Position numbers and translations under genes: made by a program. Below the pieces are notes generated by a model that did no database searches, was not told the origin of the DNA, and worked only from the letters and a program-made list of their open reading frames with translations. DNA of 64,000 nt from Candidatus Latescibacterota bacterium (GTDB lineage: Bacteria; Latescibacterota; UBA2968; UBA8231), in contig OZ220090.1 in the NCBI GenBank assembly GCA_964291625.2, forward strand, positions 576,001 to 640,000. Direction: 5' to 3'. Shown here piece after piece: positions 1-10,612 of the stretch; positions within the stretch are counted from its first letter, which is position 1; every line of letters starts with the position of its first letter.

Positions 1-1071
1 GTCTCGGCAGCCGACCGGGATGTGGCCCATCTCTTGCGGCGGAGAGGTGTGCGGTGCCTGCTGGTGGTCAACAAGGTCGATCACCCCGATCCGTACCGGT
101 ACGACATGGGGGACTTCTTCGGCCTCGGACTGGGCGACCCCCATCCCGTGTCGGGCGCCACCGGCCGCCGGTCGGGCGACCTGCTCCAGGCGATCGTCTC
201 GGAGTTCGACGATCCTGCGTCCCCGGGATCGGATCGCCCGCCCGAGGCGGTGCGCGTGGTCCTCGCCGGCCGCCCGAACGTGGGCAAGTCGACGCTGATC
301 AACCGGCTTTGCGGAGAGCGGATCTCCATCGTCCACGCTGAACCAGGAACGACGCGCGACTCCACCGACGTCACCATTCTCCGGGGCGGCCAGCGCTTCG
401 TCCTCGTCGATACCGCCGGGATCCGCAGGCGCACGCGGGTGCACGACCCGGTCGAGTACTTCAGCACCCTCCGGGCCTCCCACAGCCTCGAGAGGTCGGA
501 CGTGGTCGTCGTCCTCCTCGACGCCGTCGAGGGAACCACCGCGCAGGACGCCCGACTCATGAGCCGGGTCATGGAACTCGGACGAGGCATGGTGGTGGCG
601 GTGAACAAGTGGGACCTCGTGGCCGGGTCCGAAAGGGACGACATCGACGCCTATCGAGACGGGATGAGACGACGGCATCCCTTTCTCCAGCACTATCCGA
701 TCCTCACCCTGTCGGCGATGACAGGCCGCCGCGCGTCGGCCTGTCTCGACACCTCGGCCGCCGTGGCCGGCCGCGCCCGCGCCCGGGTTCCCACCCCGAG
801 GCTGAACCGGTGGCTCCGGGAGGTCACCCGGCGGCTGGCACCGGGCGGCGCGGGGGAGGTGCGGATCCTCTACGCCGCCCAGACCGGAGTTGCGCCGCCC
901 TCTTTCGTCCTGTTCTCCAATCACCCGGACCGGATCAGCCCTTCCTACCGCCGCTTCGTGGAGAACAACCTGCGCGAGAGCATCGATCTGGTGGGGACCC
1001 CGGTCCGCATCCACTGGCGAAGCAGGCGCCCAGGCAGGACTCCGGAGCGAAAGGGGGCGAGGCCGGGATGA
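1..1071 (+). CDS. der: Ribosome biogenesis GTPase Der/EngA (5' truncated by window)
   Basis: End of GD1 (NKVD), complete GD2 (GRPNVGKS, GTTRD, DTAG, NKWD) and C-terminal KH-like domain. Confidence 0.95.
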   Translation, partial: VSAADRDVAHLLRRRGVRCLLVVNKVDHPDPYRYDMGDFFGLGLGDPHPVSGATGRRSGDLLQAIVSEFDDPASPGSDRPPEAVRVVLAGRPNVGKSTLINRLCGERISIVHAEPGTTRDSTDVTILRGGQRFVLVDTAGIRRRTRVHDPVEYFSTLRASHSLERSDVVVVLLDAVEGTTAQDARLMSRVMELGRGMVVAVNKWDLVAGSERDDIDAYRDGMRRRHPFLQHYPILTLSAMTGRRASACLDTSAAVAGRARARVPTPRLNRWLREVTRRLAPGGAGEVRILYAAQTGVAPPSFVLFSNHPDRISPSYRRFVENNLRESIDLVGTPVRIHWRSRRPGRTPERKGARPG

Positions 1072-1505
1072 GTGAGCACAGGCCGGGGATCGGAAAGCTG
1101 TACTACAGCATCGGCGAGGTGGCGGAAGTGACGGGACTGCCGCCGTATACCCTGAGGTCCTGGGAAAAGGAGTTCCCCTGCCTCCGCCCGAAGCGGGTCC
1201 GGGGCAAGAACCGTGCCTACCGCCCCCGCGACATCGGCATCATCCTGCTCATCAAGCGGCTCCTTCACGAGGAGCGCTACTCCACGGAGGGCGCGCGCCG
1301 GAAGCTGCGCAACGAGCCGGGGCTGGTTCAGAAGGCGGCTGACGGCTTCCCCTCGGAGCCCCGCGGCAGCCGGCATTCCGAAGGGGGCGGGGAGCCCAGG
1401 CAGGCGGCCCCACAGTGGGGTCCCCGAAGCGAAGAGGCGCGGCCCGGCGACCTGCCCGGGGGGATTCTCGAGGAGCTGCGACGGATCGCGAGGTTGCTGG
1501 AATAG
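1068..1505 (+). CDS. MerR-family HTH transcriptional regulator
   Basis: ATG at 1068 overlaps der stop; KLYYSIGEVAEVTGLPPYTLRSWEKEFP..NRAY is a MerR HTH. Confidence 0.88.
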   Translation: MSEHRPGIGKLYYSIGEVAEVTGLPPYTLRSWEKEFPCLRPKRVRGKNRAYRPRDIGIILLIKRLLHEERYSTEGARRKLRNEPGLVQKAADGFPSEPRGSRHSEGGGEPRQAAPQWGPRSEEARPGDLPGGILEELRRIARLLE

Positions 1506-1538
1506 CTGCCCTGGGTACCGAACCCGTCCCCCTCAACC

Positions 1539-1567
1539 TTGCTCAACGCCATAATTATCTGTATTTT
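1539..1567 (+). promoter_or_regulatory. Putative sigma70 promoter for rimP-nusA-infB operon
   Basis: TTGCTC (1539-1544)-N17-TATTTT (1562-1567) in an AT-rich intergenic patch. Confidence 0.5.
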
Positions 1568-1622
1568 TTAGGACTTCGGCAGGCTCGGCGTGCCTGCTGG
1601 TGACCCGGGAGAGCCCTGAGCC

Positions 1623-2111
1623 ATGGCCGAAGCAGAGGCCAGCGACGAACGGGCGGGCCGATCTGCACAGCCGGAGGTCCTGCGCCCGCTGCTGTTCGAG
1701 ATCGCGGAGCCCGTCGTGGCCGACCACGGCGCCGAGCTCGTCGATGTCGAGATCTCCGGGTCGGGCAGCTTCAGCGTCCGCCTGTCGGTCCACCGCGAGG
1801 CGGGCGTCACCGTGGATCTGTGTGAGGCCATCTCCCGGGAGCTTTCGGATGTGCTCGACATCGAGGACCCCCTTCCCGGTCGCTACCGGCTCGAGGTGAC
1901 TTCACCCGGCCTCGAGCGGCCACTGCGGACCGACGCCGACTTTCGGCGCGCGCAGCGGCGAAGGCTCAAGGTCGTCACCTGCGATGGCCGTACCGAGTTC
2001 GGCCGTCTCTCCGGGTTCACGGAGACCTCGATCGAGCTCGAGCGGAAGGCCGGCCCCCAAAGCGTCGCCCGCGGCGACATCGCCCGGGCCACCATCGAAG
2101 TGGAATTCTGA
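1623..2111 (+). CDS. rimP: Ribosome maturation factor RimP
   Basis: LEVTSPGLERPL motif; directly upstream of nusA. Confidence 0.95.
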   Translation: MAEAEASDERAGRSAQPEVLRPLLFEIAEPVVADHGAELVDVEISGSGSFSVRLSVHREAGVTVDLCEAISRELSDVLDIEDPLPGRYRLEVTSPGLERPLRTDADFRRAQRRRLKVVTCDGRTEFGRLSGFTETSIELERKAGPQSVARGDIARATIEVEF

Positions 2112-2121
2112 ACGGAGCGGG

Positions 2122-3615
2122 ATGAACGCTGAGTTCAACATTATCGAAGCCTTGGGCCAGATCGCGCGTGAGAAGAACGTGGACCGCGAGATGGTCATCC
2201 AGACCCTGGCCGACGCCCTCGTCTCGGCTGCCAAGAGGCGCTACGGCAACGTCGACAACTTCGAGGTCCAGACCGATCCGGGGAGTGGCCGCATGCGGGT
2301 GGTGGCCCGCAAGACCGTCGTGGAGGAGGTGAACGTCCCCGAGCTCGAAATCGAAATCGGGGAGGCCCGCCAGATCGATCACCAGGCCCAGATCGGCTCG
2401 GTGGTCTTCGAAGAGTTGAACCTGGCCGACTTCGGCCGCAACGCCATCCAGACGGCCAAGCAGATCCTGATCCAGCGCGTGCGCGAGGCCGAGCGCGAGC
2501 ACATCTACGAGGAGTTCGCCAGCCGCATCGGCAAGATCGAGTCCGGCACGGTGCAGCAGATCAGCCACGGCGACATCATCATGAATCTCGGGCGCGCCGA
2601 AGCCGCCGTGCCCCTCAAGGAGCAGATCCGCCGCGAACGCTATCGCCAAGGCGACACGGTGCGCGGCTACATCTTCGAGATCCTCAAGTCCAGCCGAGGC
2701 CCCCAGGTATTGCTCTCCCGGACCCATCCCGAATTCCTGCGCAAGCTGTTCTCCCTCGAGGTCCCGGAGATCGCCGAAGGGATCGTGACCATCCACGCCG
2801 TGGCTCGGGAGCCAGGAGAGCGGGCCAAGATCGCGGTGAGTTCCAACGACGACCGGGTCGACCCGGTCGGTGCCTGCGTCGGCGTCAAAGGTTCGAGGGT
2901 ACAGGCGATCGTCCGTGAGCTCTCCGGAGAGCGGATCGACATCGTCCCCTGGATCGACGAGGCCGACATCTTCATCTCCCGGGCCCTGGGCCCGGCCACG
3001 GTATCGCGGGTGATCACCGACGGCCGCCGCCATCATGCCCAGGTGATCGTCGAGGAAGAGCAGCTCTCCCTCGCCATCGGCAAGTCCGGACAGAACTCCC
3101 GGCTCGCTGTTCAGCTCACGGGCTGGGGCCTGGACATCATCACCGACGAGGAGTATCAGCGGCGCCTCCGCAGGTTGGAGGAAAGCAAAGTGGAGTTGCG
3201 CCGCCTGGAAGGCGTCAGCGAGCTCATCTCCCTCAGCCTGGCGACATCGGGCTTCATCTCCATCCGGGGCATCGCCCAGGCCGAGGTCGACATGCTGCGC
3301 ACCGTCCCCGGCCTGGAGGGGGAGGGGGAAGCGGCGCGACTGAAGGAACTGGCCGTCGCTTATGTCGAACAGGCGGAGGCCTCCGGCGAGGAGCTCAGGC
3401 CGGCCACGCTCGAGGAGCTTGAGGCCGCCGAGAGAGCCGCCGCCGAGGCCCGGGCGGCCCAGTTGGCCCGCGCCCATGAAGAGGAGGCCGAAGGCGGTGC
3501 TGCGCTCGCGGAGGAACCGGGCGGCGAGGGCGTAGAGGGGAGCGGAAGCGAAGCTGTGAGCGCAGCCCCCGGGGAGCCCGAGGCCCCCACCACGCGCCCC
3601 TTCGAAACCAGCTGA
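2122..3615 (+). CDS. nusA: Transcription termination/antitermination factor NusA with C-terminal HhH-like region and acidic tail
   Basis: FGRNAIQTAKQ, AREPGERAKIAV, DPVGACVG, LAIGKSGQN; start set at ATG 2122 after GGAG. Confidence 0.97.
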   Translation: MNAEFNIIEALGQIAREKNVDREMVIQTLADALVSAAKRRYGNVDNFEVQTDPGSGRMRVVARKTVVEEVNVPELEIEIGEARQIDHQAQIGSVVFEELNLADFGRNAIQTAKQILIQRVREAEREHIYEEFASRIGKIESGTVQQISHGDIIMNLGRAEAAVPLKEQIRRERYRQGDTVRGYIFEILKSSRGPQVLLSRTHPEFLRKLFSLEVPEIAEGIVTIHAVAREPGERAKIAVSSNDDRVDPVGACVGVKGSRVQAIVRELSGERIDIVPWIDEADIFISRALGPATVSRVITDGRRHHAQVIVEEEQLSLAIGKSGQNSRLAVQLTGWGLDIITDEEYQRRLRRLEESKVELRRLEGVSELISLSLATSGFISIRGIAQAEVDMLRTVPGLEGEGEAARLKELAVAYVEQAEASGEELRPATLEELEAAERAAAEARAAQLARAHEEEAEGGAALAEEPGGEGVEGSGSEAVSAAPGEPEAPTTRPFETS

Positions 3616-3641
3616 CCGGGTAAGCGGATCGAGGAGCTCTC

Positions 3642-6047
3642 TTGGAAAAACGCCGGGTATATCAGGTAGCGAAGGAGAAGAAGCTCTCCAGCGATGCCCT
3701 CATCTCCATGTTGAAGGGGATGGGGCAGGACGTGAAGAGCCACATGAGTGTGGTAACTCCCGAGATGCTGGAGGCGATCACCAGGAAGATCGACGAGGAG
3801 AAGCAGTCCTCGATCGAGGAGGTGCAGCGGCAGAAGGTCAAGGAGTCCCAGCGCAAGGCCGAGGCCCGAGCCGCGCGCCAGCCCACGGATGCCAAAGAGG
3901 AGAGCAAGCCGCGGGACGGCCGCCCCACCGGCCGCCGGCCCGACCCGGCCCCGCGCCCCGGGATGTCCCCCCCGGCGCCCGAGCGCCCCGACGATGGCCG
4001 TCGCCGCAAGCGGCGTGGCGGCAAGGTCGACGAGGAGATGCTCAACGAGCTGCGCGAGACCCACACCGCGGATCGGCCGGCCGAGAAGGCCCCCGCCAGT
4101 TCCGACGTCAGCGGTCGTTGGCGGGCGGGCGGGGGCCGCCAGAGGCGCCGCAAGCAGGTCGATTCGCAGGCGGTCCAGGAGAGCGTCCGCAAGACCCTGA
4201 GCCAGATCAGCGAAGGACGCACGCGCCGGCGATACGACCGCTCGCGCGACGAGGGGGGCGAGGAGGAGTCGCAGGAGACCCAGGTCCTCCACATCAACGA
4301 GTTCGCCACCGTCGGTGAGTTGGCAGAGGCCCTGCACGTCCGGCCGGCGGAGGTGATCGCCGTCTGCCTGCACCTGGGCGTGGTCGTGACGATCAACCAG
4401 CGCCTCGACATGGACACCATGGTCACCGTGGCCGACGAGTTCGGGTACGAAGTCAAGCGTCTCGAGTCAGCCGAGGATGAAGAGGCGGAAGACTTTGGGG
4501 ACGACGATCTGGCCGACGAAGGAGATGTGGGAGAGCCGGCTCCTCGGCCGCCCGTGGTCACCGTCATGGGACACGTGGACCACGGCAAGACATCCTTGCT
4601 CGACTACCTGCGCAAGACCAACGTCGTCAAGGGCGAGTCCGGGGGCATCACCCAGCACATCGGCGCCTACTCCGTCCGGGTCCCCGAGGGGCGGTCGATC
4701 ACCTTCCTCGATACTCCCGGACACGCCGCCTTCACCGCCATGAGGGCCCGCGGAGCCCGCATCACGGACCTGGTCATTCTCATCGTCGCCGCCGACGACA
4801 GCGTCATGCCCCAGACGATCGAGGCGATCGATCACGCCCGGGCGGCCCAGGTTCCGATCGTCGTGGCCATCAACAAGATCGATCTGCCCACCGCCGACCC
4901 GGAGCGCATCAAGCGCGAGCTGGCCGAGCACAGCGTCCTCGTCGAAGGGTGGGGGGGGCAGGTCTCCTGCGCCGAGGTCTCTGCCACTACCGGCGCGGGG
5001 ATCGAGCAGCTCCTCGAAGCGGTTCTGCTCGAGTCCGAGGTTCTGGAGCTGAAGGCCTTTCCGGAGAAACGGGCCCGCGGCACGGTCGTCGAAGGTCAGC
5101 TCGACCGGGGACGAGGCGCCGTGGCGACCGTTCTCATCGAGGATGGCACCCTGAGCCAGGGCGATCCCTTTGTCACGGGCATGTACGGGGGCCGCGTACG
5201 GGCCCTGATGGATGAGCAGAATGCCCGCCTCAAGTCGGCGGGCCCCGGGCAACCGGTCCAGGTCCTGGGGCTGGGCGGGGTCCCCCAGGCGGGCGAGGTA
5301 TTCACCGTCGTCCCCTCGGAACGCGATGCCAAGGCCATCGTCACCAGGCGCCAGCAGATCAAGCGGGAACAGGACGCCCGCAGGAGAAGCCTGACCCTCG
5401 GCGACCTGCAGCACCAGATCCAGGAAGGCCGCATCAAGGACCTCAACGTCGTGGTCAAGGGAGATGTGGACGGTTCGGTGGAGGCGATCACCCAGGAGCT
5501 GGGCGGCATCACCCACGAGGAGGTGCGCATCGCCGTCATCCACGCTGCCGTCGGCCCGGTATCGGACAACGACGTGATGCTGGCCTCCGCCTCTGGGGCG
5601 GTGATCATCGCCTTCCACGTGACCATCGAGAGTTCCGCCTCGGCCATGGCCGAGGAGAACGGCGTCGAGATCCGCGAGTACAGCGTCATCTACGAGGTCG
5701 TGGAAGAGTTGAGAGCCGCCCTCGCCGGCCTCCTCGCCCCGAGCCTCGAGGAGCGCATCATCGGCACCGTCGAGGTGCGCCAGTTGTTCTCCTCCTCCCG
5801 GGCCGGCAACATCGCCGGGTGCTACGTGCAGGACGGCCGGATCGCCCGCAGCAGCGCGGTGCGGCTGCGCCGCGAGGAAGAGATCGTCTGGGAGGGCCGG
5901 ATCGCTTCGCTGCGCCGGTTCAAGGACGACGTGCGTGAGGTGCTCGAGGGGTTCGAGTGCGGGATCTCCCTGGAGGGACACAACGATGTCCGCGAGGGAG
6001 ACCTGATCGAAGCGGTCGACGTCGTCGAGACCGTGCGGACCCTGTAG
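3642..6047 (+). CDS. infB: Translation initiation factor IF-2
   Basis: [32 protein letters not shown]; TTG start after GAGGAG. Confidence 0.98.
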   Translation: MEKRRVYQVAKEKKLSSDALISMLKGMGQDVKSHMSVVTPEMLEAITRKIDEEKQSSIEEVQRQKVKESQRKAEARAARQPTDAKEESKPRDGRPTGRRPDPAPRPGMSPPAPERPDDGRRRKRRGGKVDEEMLNELRETHTADRPAEKAPASSDVSGRWRAGGGRQRRRKQVDSQAVQESVRKTLSQISEGRTRRRYDRSRDEGGEEESQETQVLHINEFATVGELAEALHVRPAEVIAVCLHLGVVVTINQRLDMDTMVTVADEFGYEVKRLESAEDEEAEDFGDDDLADEGDVGEPAPRPPVVTVMGHVDHGKTSLLDYLRKTNVVKGESGGITQHIGAYSVRVPEGRSITFLDTPGHAAFTAMRARGARITDLVILIVAADDSVMPQTIEAIDHARAAQVPIVVAINKIDLPTADPERIKRELAEHSVLVEGWGGQVSCAEVSATTGAGIEQLLEAVLLESEVLELKAFPEKRARGTVVEGQLDRGRGAVATVLIEDGTLSQGDPFVTGMYGGRVRALMDEQNARLKSAGPGQPVQVLGLGGVPQAGEVFTVVPSERDAKAIVTRRQQIKREQDARRRSLTLGDLQHQIQEGRIKDLNVVVKGDVDGSVEAITQELGGITHEEVRIAVIHAAVGPVSDNDVMLASASGAVIIAFHVTIESSASAMAEENGVEIREYSVIYEVVEELRAALAGLLAPSLEERIIGTVEVRQLFSSSRAGNIAGCYVQDGRIARSSAVRLRREEEIVWEGRIASLRRFKDDVREVLEGFECGISLEGHNDVREGDLIEAVDVVETVRTL

Positions 6048-6065
6048 AGTTGCGCCTCGGGTGCC

Positions 6066-6347
6066 GTGGTCGTTCTGGTCAGCGAGGTGCAGTTGTACCT
6101 GCCCGACGCCCACTCCCTCAAACAGAAGCGCCAGGTGCTCAACAGCATCAAGGAACGTCTGCACAACCGGTTTCACCTCGCCGTGGCGGAGGTCGATCAC
6201 GCCGACCTGTGGCAGCGCAGCACCCTCGGCCTGGCAGCGGTGAGCAACTCCGGGAGGCAGGCGGACGAGGTGCTGGCCAAGGCGGTGAATTTCATCGAAT
6301 CCGACGGACGGGTGCAGATCATCGACTACACCATCGAGGAACGCTGA
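6066..6347 (+). CDS. DUF503 (YlxP-like) protein
   Basis: AHSLKQKR..F.LAVAEV..DLWQR; usual position between infB and rbfA. Confidence 0.88.
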   Translation: MVVLVSEVQLYLPDAHSLKQKRQVLNSIKERLHNRFHLAVAEVDHADLWQRSTLGLAAVSNSGRQADEVLAKAVNFIESDGRVQIIDYTIEER

Positions 6348-6349
6348 CC

Positions 6350-6733
6350 TTGGCAAGCAGCCACCGAGTGCAGCGCGTGCGCCTGCAGTTGCTGCGGGAA
6401 CTGGGCGAGATCGTGCAGCGGCTGCGGGACCCCCGCCTCGGGTTCGTGACCGTCATGGACGTGGAGATCCCCAGCGACGACCTGAGCCACGCCACCCTCT
6501 TCGTCAGTGTCCTGGGCGACGCAACAGAGCAGGAACACGCAATGGCCGCGCTGGAGAGCGCCCTCGGGTACATCCGCCGCGAGTTGGCCCGTCGGTTGAC
6601 GATCCGGCACGTGCCCGAGCTCGCTGTCCGCTACGACCACACCTCGGAGCGTGCGGCCCGGGTCAACGCCATCATCGACGGGCTGCCCGGCACCGGTGGC
6701 GGCACGGCGGAGGCTCCGCCGCCTCGTGGATGA
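6350..6733 (+). CDS. rbfA: 30S ribosome-binding factor A
   Basis: LRDPRLGFVTV..DLSHATLFVS..RHVPEL..YD; TTG start at 6350 estimated. Confidence 0.93.
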   Translation: MASSHRVQRVRLQLLRELGEIVQRLRDPRLGFVTVMDVEIPSDDLSHATLFVSVLGDATEQEHAMAALESALGYIRRELARRLTIRHVPELAVRYDHTSERAARVNAIIDGLPGTGGGTAEAPPPRG

Positions 6734-7620
6734 CCGTGGACGGGATCGGGGGCGTCCTCGTCGTCGACAAGCCGACCGGACCGACGTCGCACGATGTCGT
6801 AGCCAGGACTCGTCGGGTCCTCGGGATCCGACGAGTCGGACACTGCGGCACCCTCGATCCCCTGGCTACGGGTGTTCTCGTCCTCTGCGTGGGCCCCATG
6901 ACCCGGTTCAGCCGCTGGCTGACCGGCGGCGACAAGGAGTACGAGGCCTGCTTCCGCCTCGGGGCGACGAGCGATACCGACGACGCCCTCGGAAAGATCA
7001 CCGAGACGCCGGCCCCGGCGCCCATGCCCCGGAGCGAGATCGAAACCGCTCTCAAGGGCTTCCTCGGAGTCATCGATCAGGTTCCGCCCGAGCACTCGGC
7101 GGTGCGCGTCCGCGGCGTCCGCAGCTACCACAGGGCCCGGCGCAAGGAGGCGACGGGCCTGGTGCCGCGGCCGGTCCGCGTCGACCGGTTCGAGATCGTC
7201 GGCTACGAGCCGCCCCGGCTGCGTGTGCGCGTACAGTGCGGCCAGGGCACCTATATCCGCTCCCTGGCGCGAGACCTGGGCCAGGCCCTGGGTTGCGGCG
7301 GACTCGTGGAGCAATTGCGGCGCCTGCGCGTTGGGGCGCTGACGATTCGCGATGCCGTCGAATGGGGGGCCCTGGAGCGGCAGACCGCGGCGGACATGTT
7401 TCTGAGCGCACGCCGGGCCTTGTGCGGAGTCCTCGGCTTCGTCGAGGTCGACGGGAGAGGGGCCGAGGCCTTCTTCCATGGGCAGCCGGTACCGGTAGAG
7501 GCGTGCCCCGGAGAGAGGGCGGTCTTTCGCGAGGCCGGTTTTCTCGGCGTGGGACGAGTCGATGAGGAGGGCCGACTGCACCCCCTCAGGGTGGTCGCGG
7601 AATGGCCCACTCTGCCATGA
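6730..7620 (+). CDS. truB: tRNA pseudouridine(55) synthase
   Basis: DKPTGPTSHDVV, GHCGTLDPLATGVL, GTYIRSLARDLG. Confidence 0.95.
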   Translation: MTVDGIGGVLVVDKPTGPTSHDVVARTRRVLGIRRVGHCGTLDPLATGVLVLCVGPMTRFSRWLTGGDKEYEACFRLGATSDTDDALGKITETPAPAPMPRSEIETALKGFLGVIDQVPPEHSAVRVRGVRSYHRARRKEATGLVPRPVRVDRFEIVGYEPPRLRVRVQCGQGTYIRSLARDLGQALGCGGLVEQLRRLRVGALTIRDAVEWGALERQTAADMFLSARRALCGVLGFVEVDGRGAEAFFHGQPVPVEACPGERAVFREAGFLGVGRVDEEGRLHPLRVVAEWPTLP

Positions 7621-8027
7621 GCCGGCCGCTCAGGCCGCCGCGACAGGTCGCCGGCGGAAAGGGCCCCTCGGTCATCACCCTGGAGGGCATCGTCGTCCGG
7701 GGCGAGGGCCGGGGCCGGCGGCTCGGGTTTCCCACCGCCAACCTGCGGGTAGCTGCCGATACGGAGCCGCCGCGGGGCGTCTTCGCCGCCCGGGTCCATC
7801 GGGCCGGAGCCGAGCTCGCAGCCGTAGCCAACATCGGCACGCGCCCGACCTTCGATGGACAGGAGGTCTCGGTGGAAGTGCATCTCCTGGACTTCGAGGG
7901 AGACCTGTACGATGAGCGGCTGCGCGTCACTCTCGACCGCCGTCTTCGGGGCGAAAGGCGCTTCGACACGGTCGAGGAACTGCGGCGCCAGATCGCCGGA
8001 GATATCCAGCAGGCCCGTTCCCGATGA
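7617..8027 (+). CDS. Riboflavin kinase (kinase domain of RibF only; no FMN adenylyltransferase domain)
   Basis: GRRLGFPTAN, NIGTRPTF, VEVHLLDFEGDLY, RGERRF; about 136 aa only. Confidence 0.9.
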   Translation: MSRPLRPPRQVAGGKGPSVITLEGIVVRGEGRGRRLGFPTANLRVAADTEPPRGVFAARVHRAGAELAAVANIGTRPTFDGQEVSVEVHLLDFEGDLYDERLRVTLDRRLRGERRFDTVEELRRQIAGDIQQARSR

Positions 8028-8062
8028 GGGAGGGCTCACCAACAACATCGGAGGCTAGGACG

Positions 8063-8332
8063 TTGTCGATCACCGCTGAACGCAGGAAAGAGCTTGTTGT
8101 GAGATTCGGAGAGAAAGAGGCCGACACAGGGTCGGCGGCGGTGCAGATCGCCATTCTCTCCGAGCGCATTCGCAATCTCACCGAGCACCTTCGGGTGCAC
8201 GGGCGCGACTTCGCGACCCGGCGCGGCTTGCTGAAGCTCATCGGACGGCGGCGCCGTCTGCAGCAGTACCTGCAGGGGAAGTCGCCCGAGGCTTACGCGG
8301 CCCTGATCAAGAACCTCGATCTGCGGCGCTGA
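8063..8332 (+). CDS. rpsO: 30S ribosomal protein S15
   Basis: DTGSAAVQIAIL..LTEHL..RRGLLKLIGRRRRL; 89 aa from TTG 8063 with GGAGG RBS. Confidence 0.96.
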   Translation: MSITAERRKELVVRFGEKEADTGSAAVQIAILSERIRNLTEHLRVHGRDFATRRGLLKLIGRRRRLQQYLQGKSPEAYAALIKNLDLRR

Positions 8333-8366
8333 GGTCCCTGGCGCCCAAGCCGGTCCGGAGACGAAC

Positions 8367-8402
8367 GATCCGTCACCCTCCTTCTGCCAGGGATGACGGG
8401 TC
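8367..8402 (+). promoter_or_regulatory. Stem-loop in rpsO-pnp intergenic region (possible RNase III/processing site)
   Basis: GATCCGTCA-CCCT ... AGGG-A-TGACGGGTC inverted repeat with no U-tract; function inferred by analogy to the E. coli pnp leader. Confidence 0.4.
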
Positions 8403-8439
8403 CCACCCAAGAACGCCACACAGGAAAGCACCGAGAGAG

Positions 8440-10515
8440 ATGACACACAAAGTCGAGATGGACTGGGGCGGGCGCACGCTCTCCCTGGAAAGCGGCAAAG
8501 TCGCGGCGAGAGCCAACGGAGCCGTGTGGGTCCGGTACGCAGACACCATCGTGCTGGTCACCGCCTGCAGGTCCCATCGCGCCGAGGACAGGGGCTTCCT
8601 GCCTCTGACGGTGGAGTACCGCGAGAAGGCGTACGCCGCCGGCCACATTCCGGGGAACTTCTTCAAGCGGGAAGGCCGCATGGGGGAGAAGGAAACCCTC
8701 AGCGCGCGGATGATCGATCACATGATCCGCCCCCTGTTCCCCAAGAAGTTCCCCCACGAGATCCAGGTCTTCGTCTCGGTTCTCTCCGCCGACGGCGAGA
8801 ACGACGCTGACATCATCGGCATGGTCGGGGCCTCGGCGGCCCTTTGCCTCTCCGACCTCCCCTTCGAGGGTCCCATCGCCGCTCTCCGAGTCGGGCGCGT
8901 CGACGGCGATCTCATCGTCAACCCGACCCTCTCGCAGCTGGAAGCGAGCGACATGGACCTCATCGTCTCGGGTGACCGGGACAGCATCGGGTCCGTCGAA
9001 GGTGGCGCCGAGGAAATCTCGGAGGCCGCCCTCCTGGAGGCCCTCGAGTTCGCTCACGAGCATCTCCAGGAGGTCCTCGATCTCCAGGATGACCTCGCCG
9101 AGAAGGCTGGACGCCAGAAGATGGAGTACTCGCCGCCGGTCATCGACACCGAGTTGGTGAAGGCGGTGGAGGAAGCCGCCGCGAAGCGGATCTCCGAGGC
9201 GAATCGCTGCGGAGACCGCGACAGGCGCGGCGCCCTGATCGAGCAGATGGAAGCGGAGGTCGCCGCCGAGCTGGAGGAGCGTTTCCCCGACGCGGGCAAG
9301 GCCATCGGCGAACTGCTCTACGACATGACCAAGGCGGACATGCGGAGGATGGTGCTGAGCGAGGAGCGCCGTATCGACGGCCGCCAGCTCGACGAGGTCC
9401 GGGAGGTGACCTGCGAGGTCGGAGTCCTGCCCCGGGCGCACGGCTCGGCCCTGTTCACCCGCGGGCAGACCCAGGCCCTGTGCACCTCGACCTTGGGGAA
9501 CAAGTTCGACGAGAGGATGATCGAGGACCTGCGCGGCAAGGCATTCAAGTCCTATTACCTCGACTACAACTTTCCCTCCTACAGCACCGACGAGGTCTCC
9601 TTTCCCCGGGGTCCCGGGCGGCGGGAAATCGGGCACGGCCACCTGGCCGAACGGGCCCTGGAGCCCGTGGTCCCGGTGGTGGAGTCTTTCCCGTACACCG
9701 TCCGGCTGGTCTCCGACATCCAGTCATCGAATGGGTCCACGTCGATGGCCACCGTGTGCGGCAGCTCCCTGGCCCTCATGGACGCGGGCATCCCCATCAA
9801 GTCCGCCGTCACCGCATCCGGCGTCGGTCTCATCAGCGAGGGGGAGGAGTACGCCATCCTCACCGACATCCTCGGTGACGAGGACTTTCTCGGCGACATG
9901 GACTTGAAGGTGGCGGGCACCGAGGAGGGGATCACGGCGGTGCAGATGGAGAACAAGATCGCCGGCATCCGCCTCGAGATTCTGGAGGAAGCCCTCGAGC
10001 GGGCCCGCGCGGGGCGCATGCACATCCTCGATGTCATGAACGCCTGCATCGACACCCATCGGGCCGAGCTGTCCCGGCACGCGCCGCGTATCGAGTTCCT
10101 CAAGATCGACCAGGAGAAGATCGGCGCCGTCATCGGCCCGGGAGGCCGGACGATCCGCGAGATCGAGAAGAGCGGCGCCAGCGTCAGTGTCGAGGACGAC
10201 GGCACGATCACGATCTCCGCCGTGGAGGCGGAGGCCGCCGACCAGGCGCGGGCGATGATCGAGGCGGTCACGGCGGAGGCCGAAATCGGCGCCGAGTACG
10301 AGGGCACGGTGAAGCGGATCATGCCCTTCGGCGCCTTCGTCGAGATCCTTCCCGGCAAGGAGGGGTTGCTCCACATCTCCGAGCTCGACCACCGCCGCGT
10401 CGACACGGTGGAGGATGTCGTCGCCGAGGGAGACCAGGTGGCGGTGAAGGTTCTCGACATCGACAATGCCGGCAAGATCCGGCTCAGCCGCAAGGCGATG
10501 CTGCCGAGGAGCTGA
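8440..10515 (+). CDS. pnp: Polyribonucleotide nucleotidyltransferase
   Basis: Two RNase PH domains ([33 protein letters not shown]), KH and S1 domains. Confidence 0.98.
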   Translation: MTHKVEMDWGGRTLSLESGKVAARANGAVWVRYADTIVLVTACRSHRAEDRGFLPLTVEYREKAYAAGHIPGNFFKREGRMGEKETLSARMIDHMIRPLFPKKFPHEIQVFVSVLSADGENDADIIGMVGASAALCLSDLPFEGPIAALRVGRVDGDLIVNPTLSQLEASDMDLIVSGDRDSIGSVEGGAEEISEAALLEALEFAHEHLQEVLDLQDDLAEKAGRQKMEYSPPVIDTELVKAVEEAAAKRISEANRCGDRDRRGALIEQMEAEVAAELEERFPDAGKAIGELLYDMTKADMRRMVLSEERRIDGRQLDEVREVTCEVGVLPRAHGSALFTRGQTQALCTSTLGNKFDERMIEDLRGKAFKSYYLDYNFPSYSTDEVSFPRGPGRREIGHGHLAERALEPVVPVVESFPYTVRLVSDIQSSNGSTSMATVCGSSLALMDAGIPIKSAVTASGVGLISEGEEYAILTDILGDEDFLGDMDLKVAGTEEGITAVQMENKIAGIRLEILEEALERARAGRMHILDVMNACIDTHRAELSRHAPRIEFLKIDQEKIGAVIGPGGRTIREIEKSGASVSVEDDGTITISAVEAEAADQARAMIEAVTAEAEIGAEYEGTVKRIMPFGAFVEILPGKEGLLHISELDHRRVDTVEDVVAEGDQVAVKVLDIDNAGKIRLSRKAMLPRS

Positions 10516-10544
10516 CACCGGAGAGCCGGCGCGGCAGCGCGCAA

Positions 10545-10596
10545 AGAAGACTACCGAAGCTCCCGGACGGCCCTGGGCATCGGTAGTCTTTCTGTT
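10545..10596 (+). terminator. Hairpin after pnp, probable intrinsic terminator/attenuator
   Basis: AAGACTACCGA (10547-10557) pairs with TCGGTAGTCTT (10580-10590), followed by TCTGTT. Confidence 0.55.
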
Positions 10597-10612
10597 GACG
10601 GAGTGGACGATC

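Noticed and set aside
10516-10612. T-box leader for asnS (also considered for valS)
   Set aside because: No T-box consensus (GGTGGNACCGCG) and the intergenic space is too short; only a simple hairpin is present.
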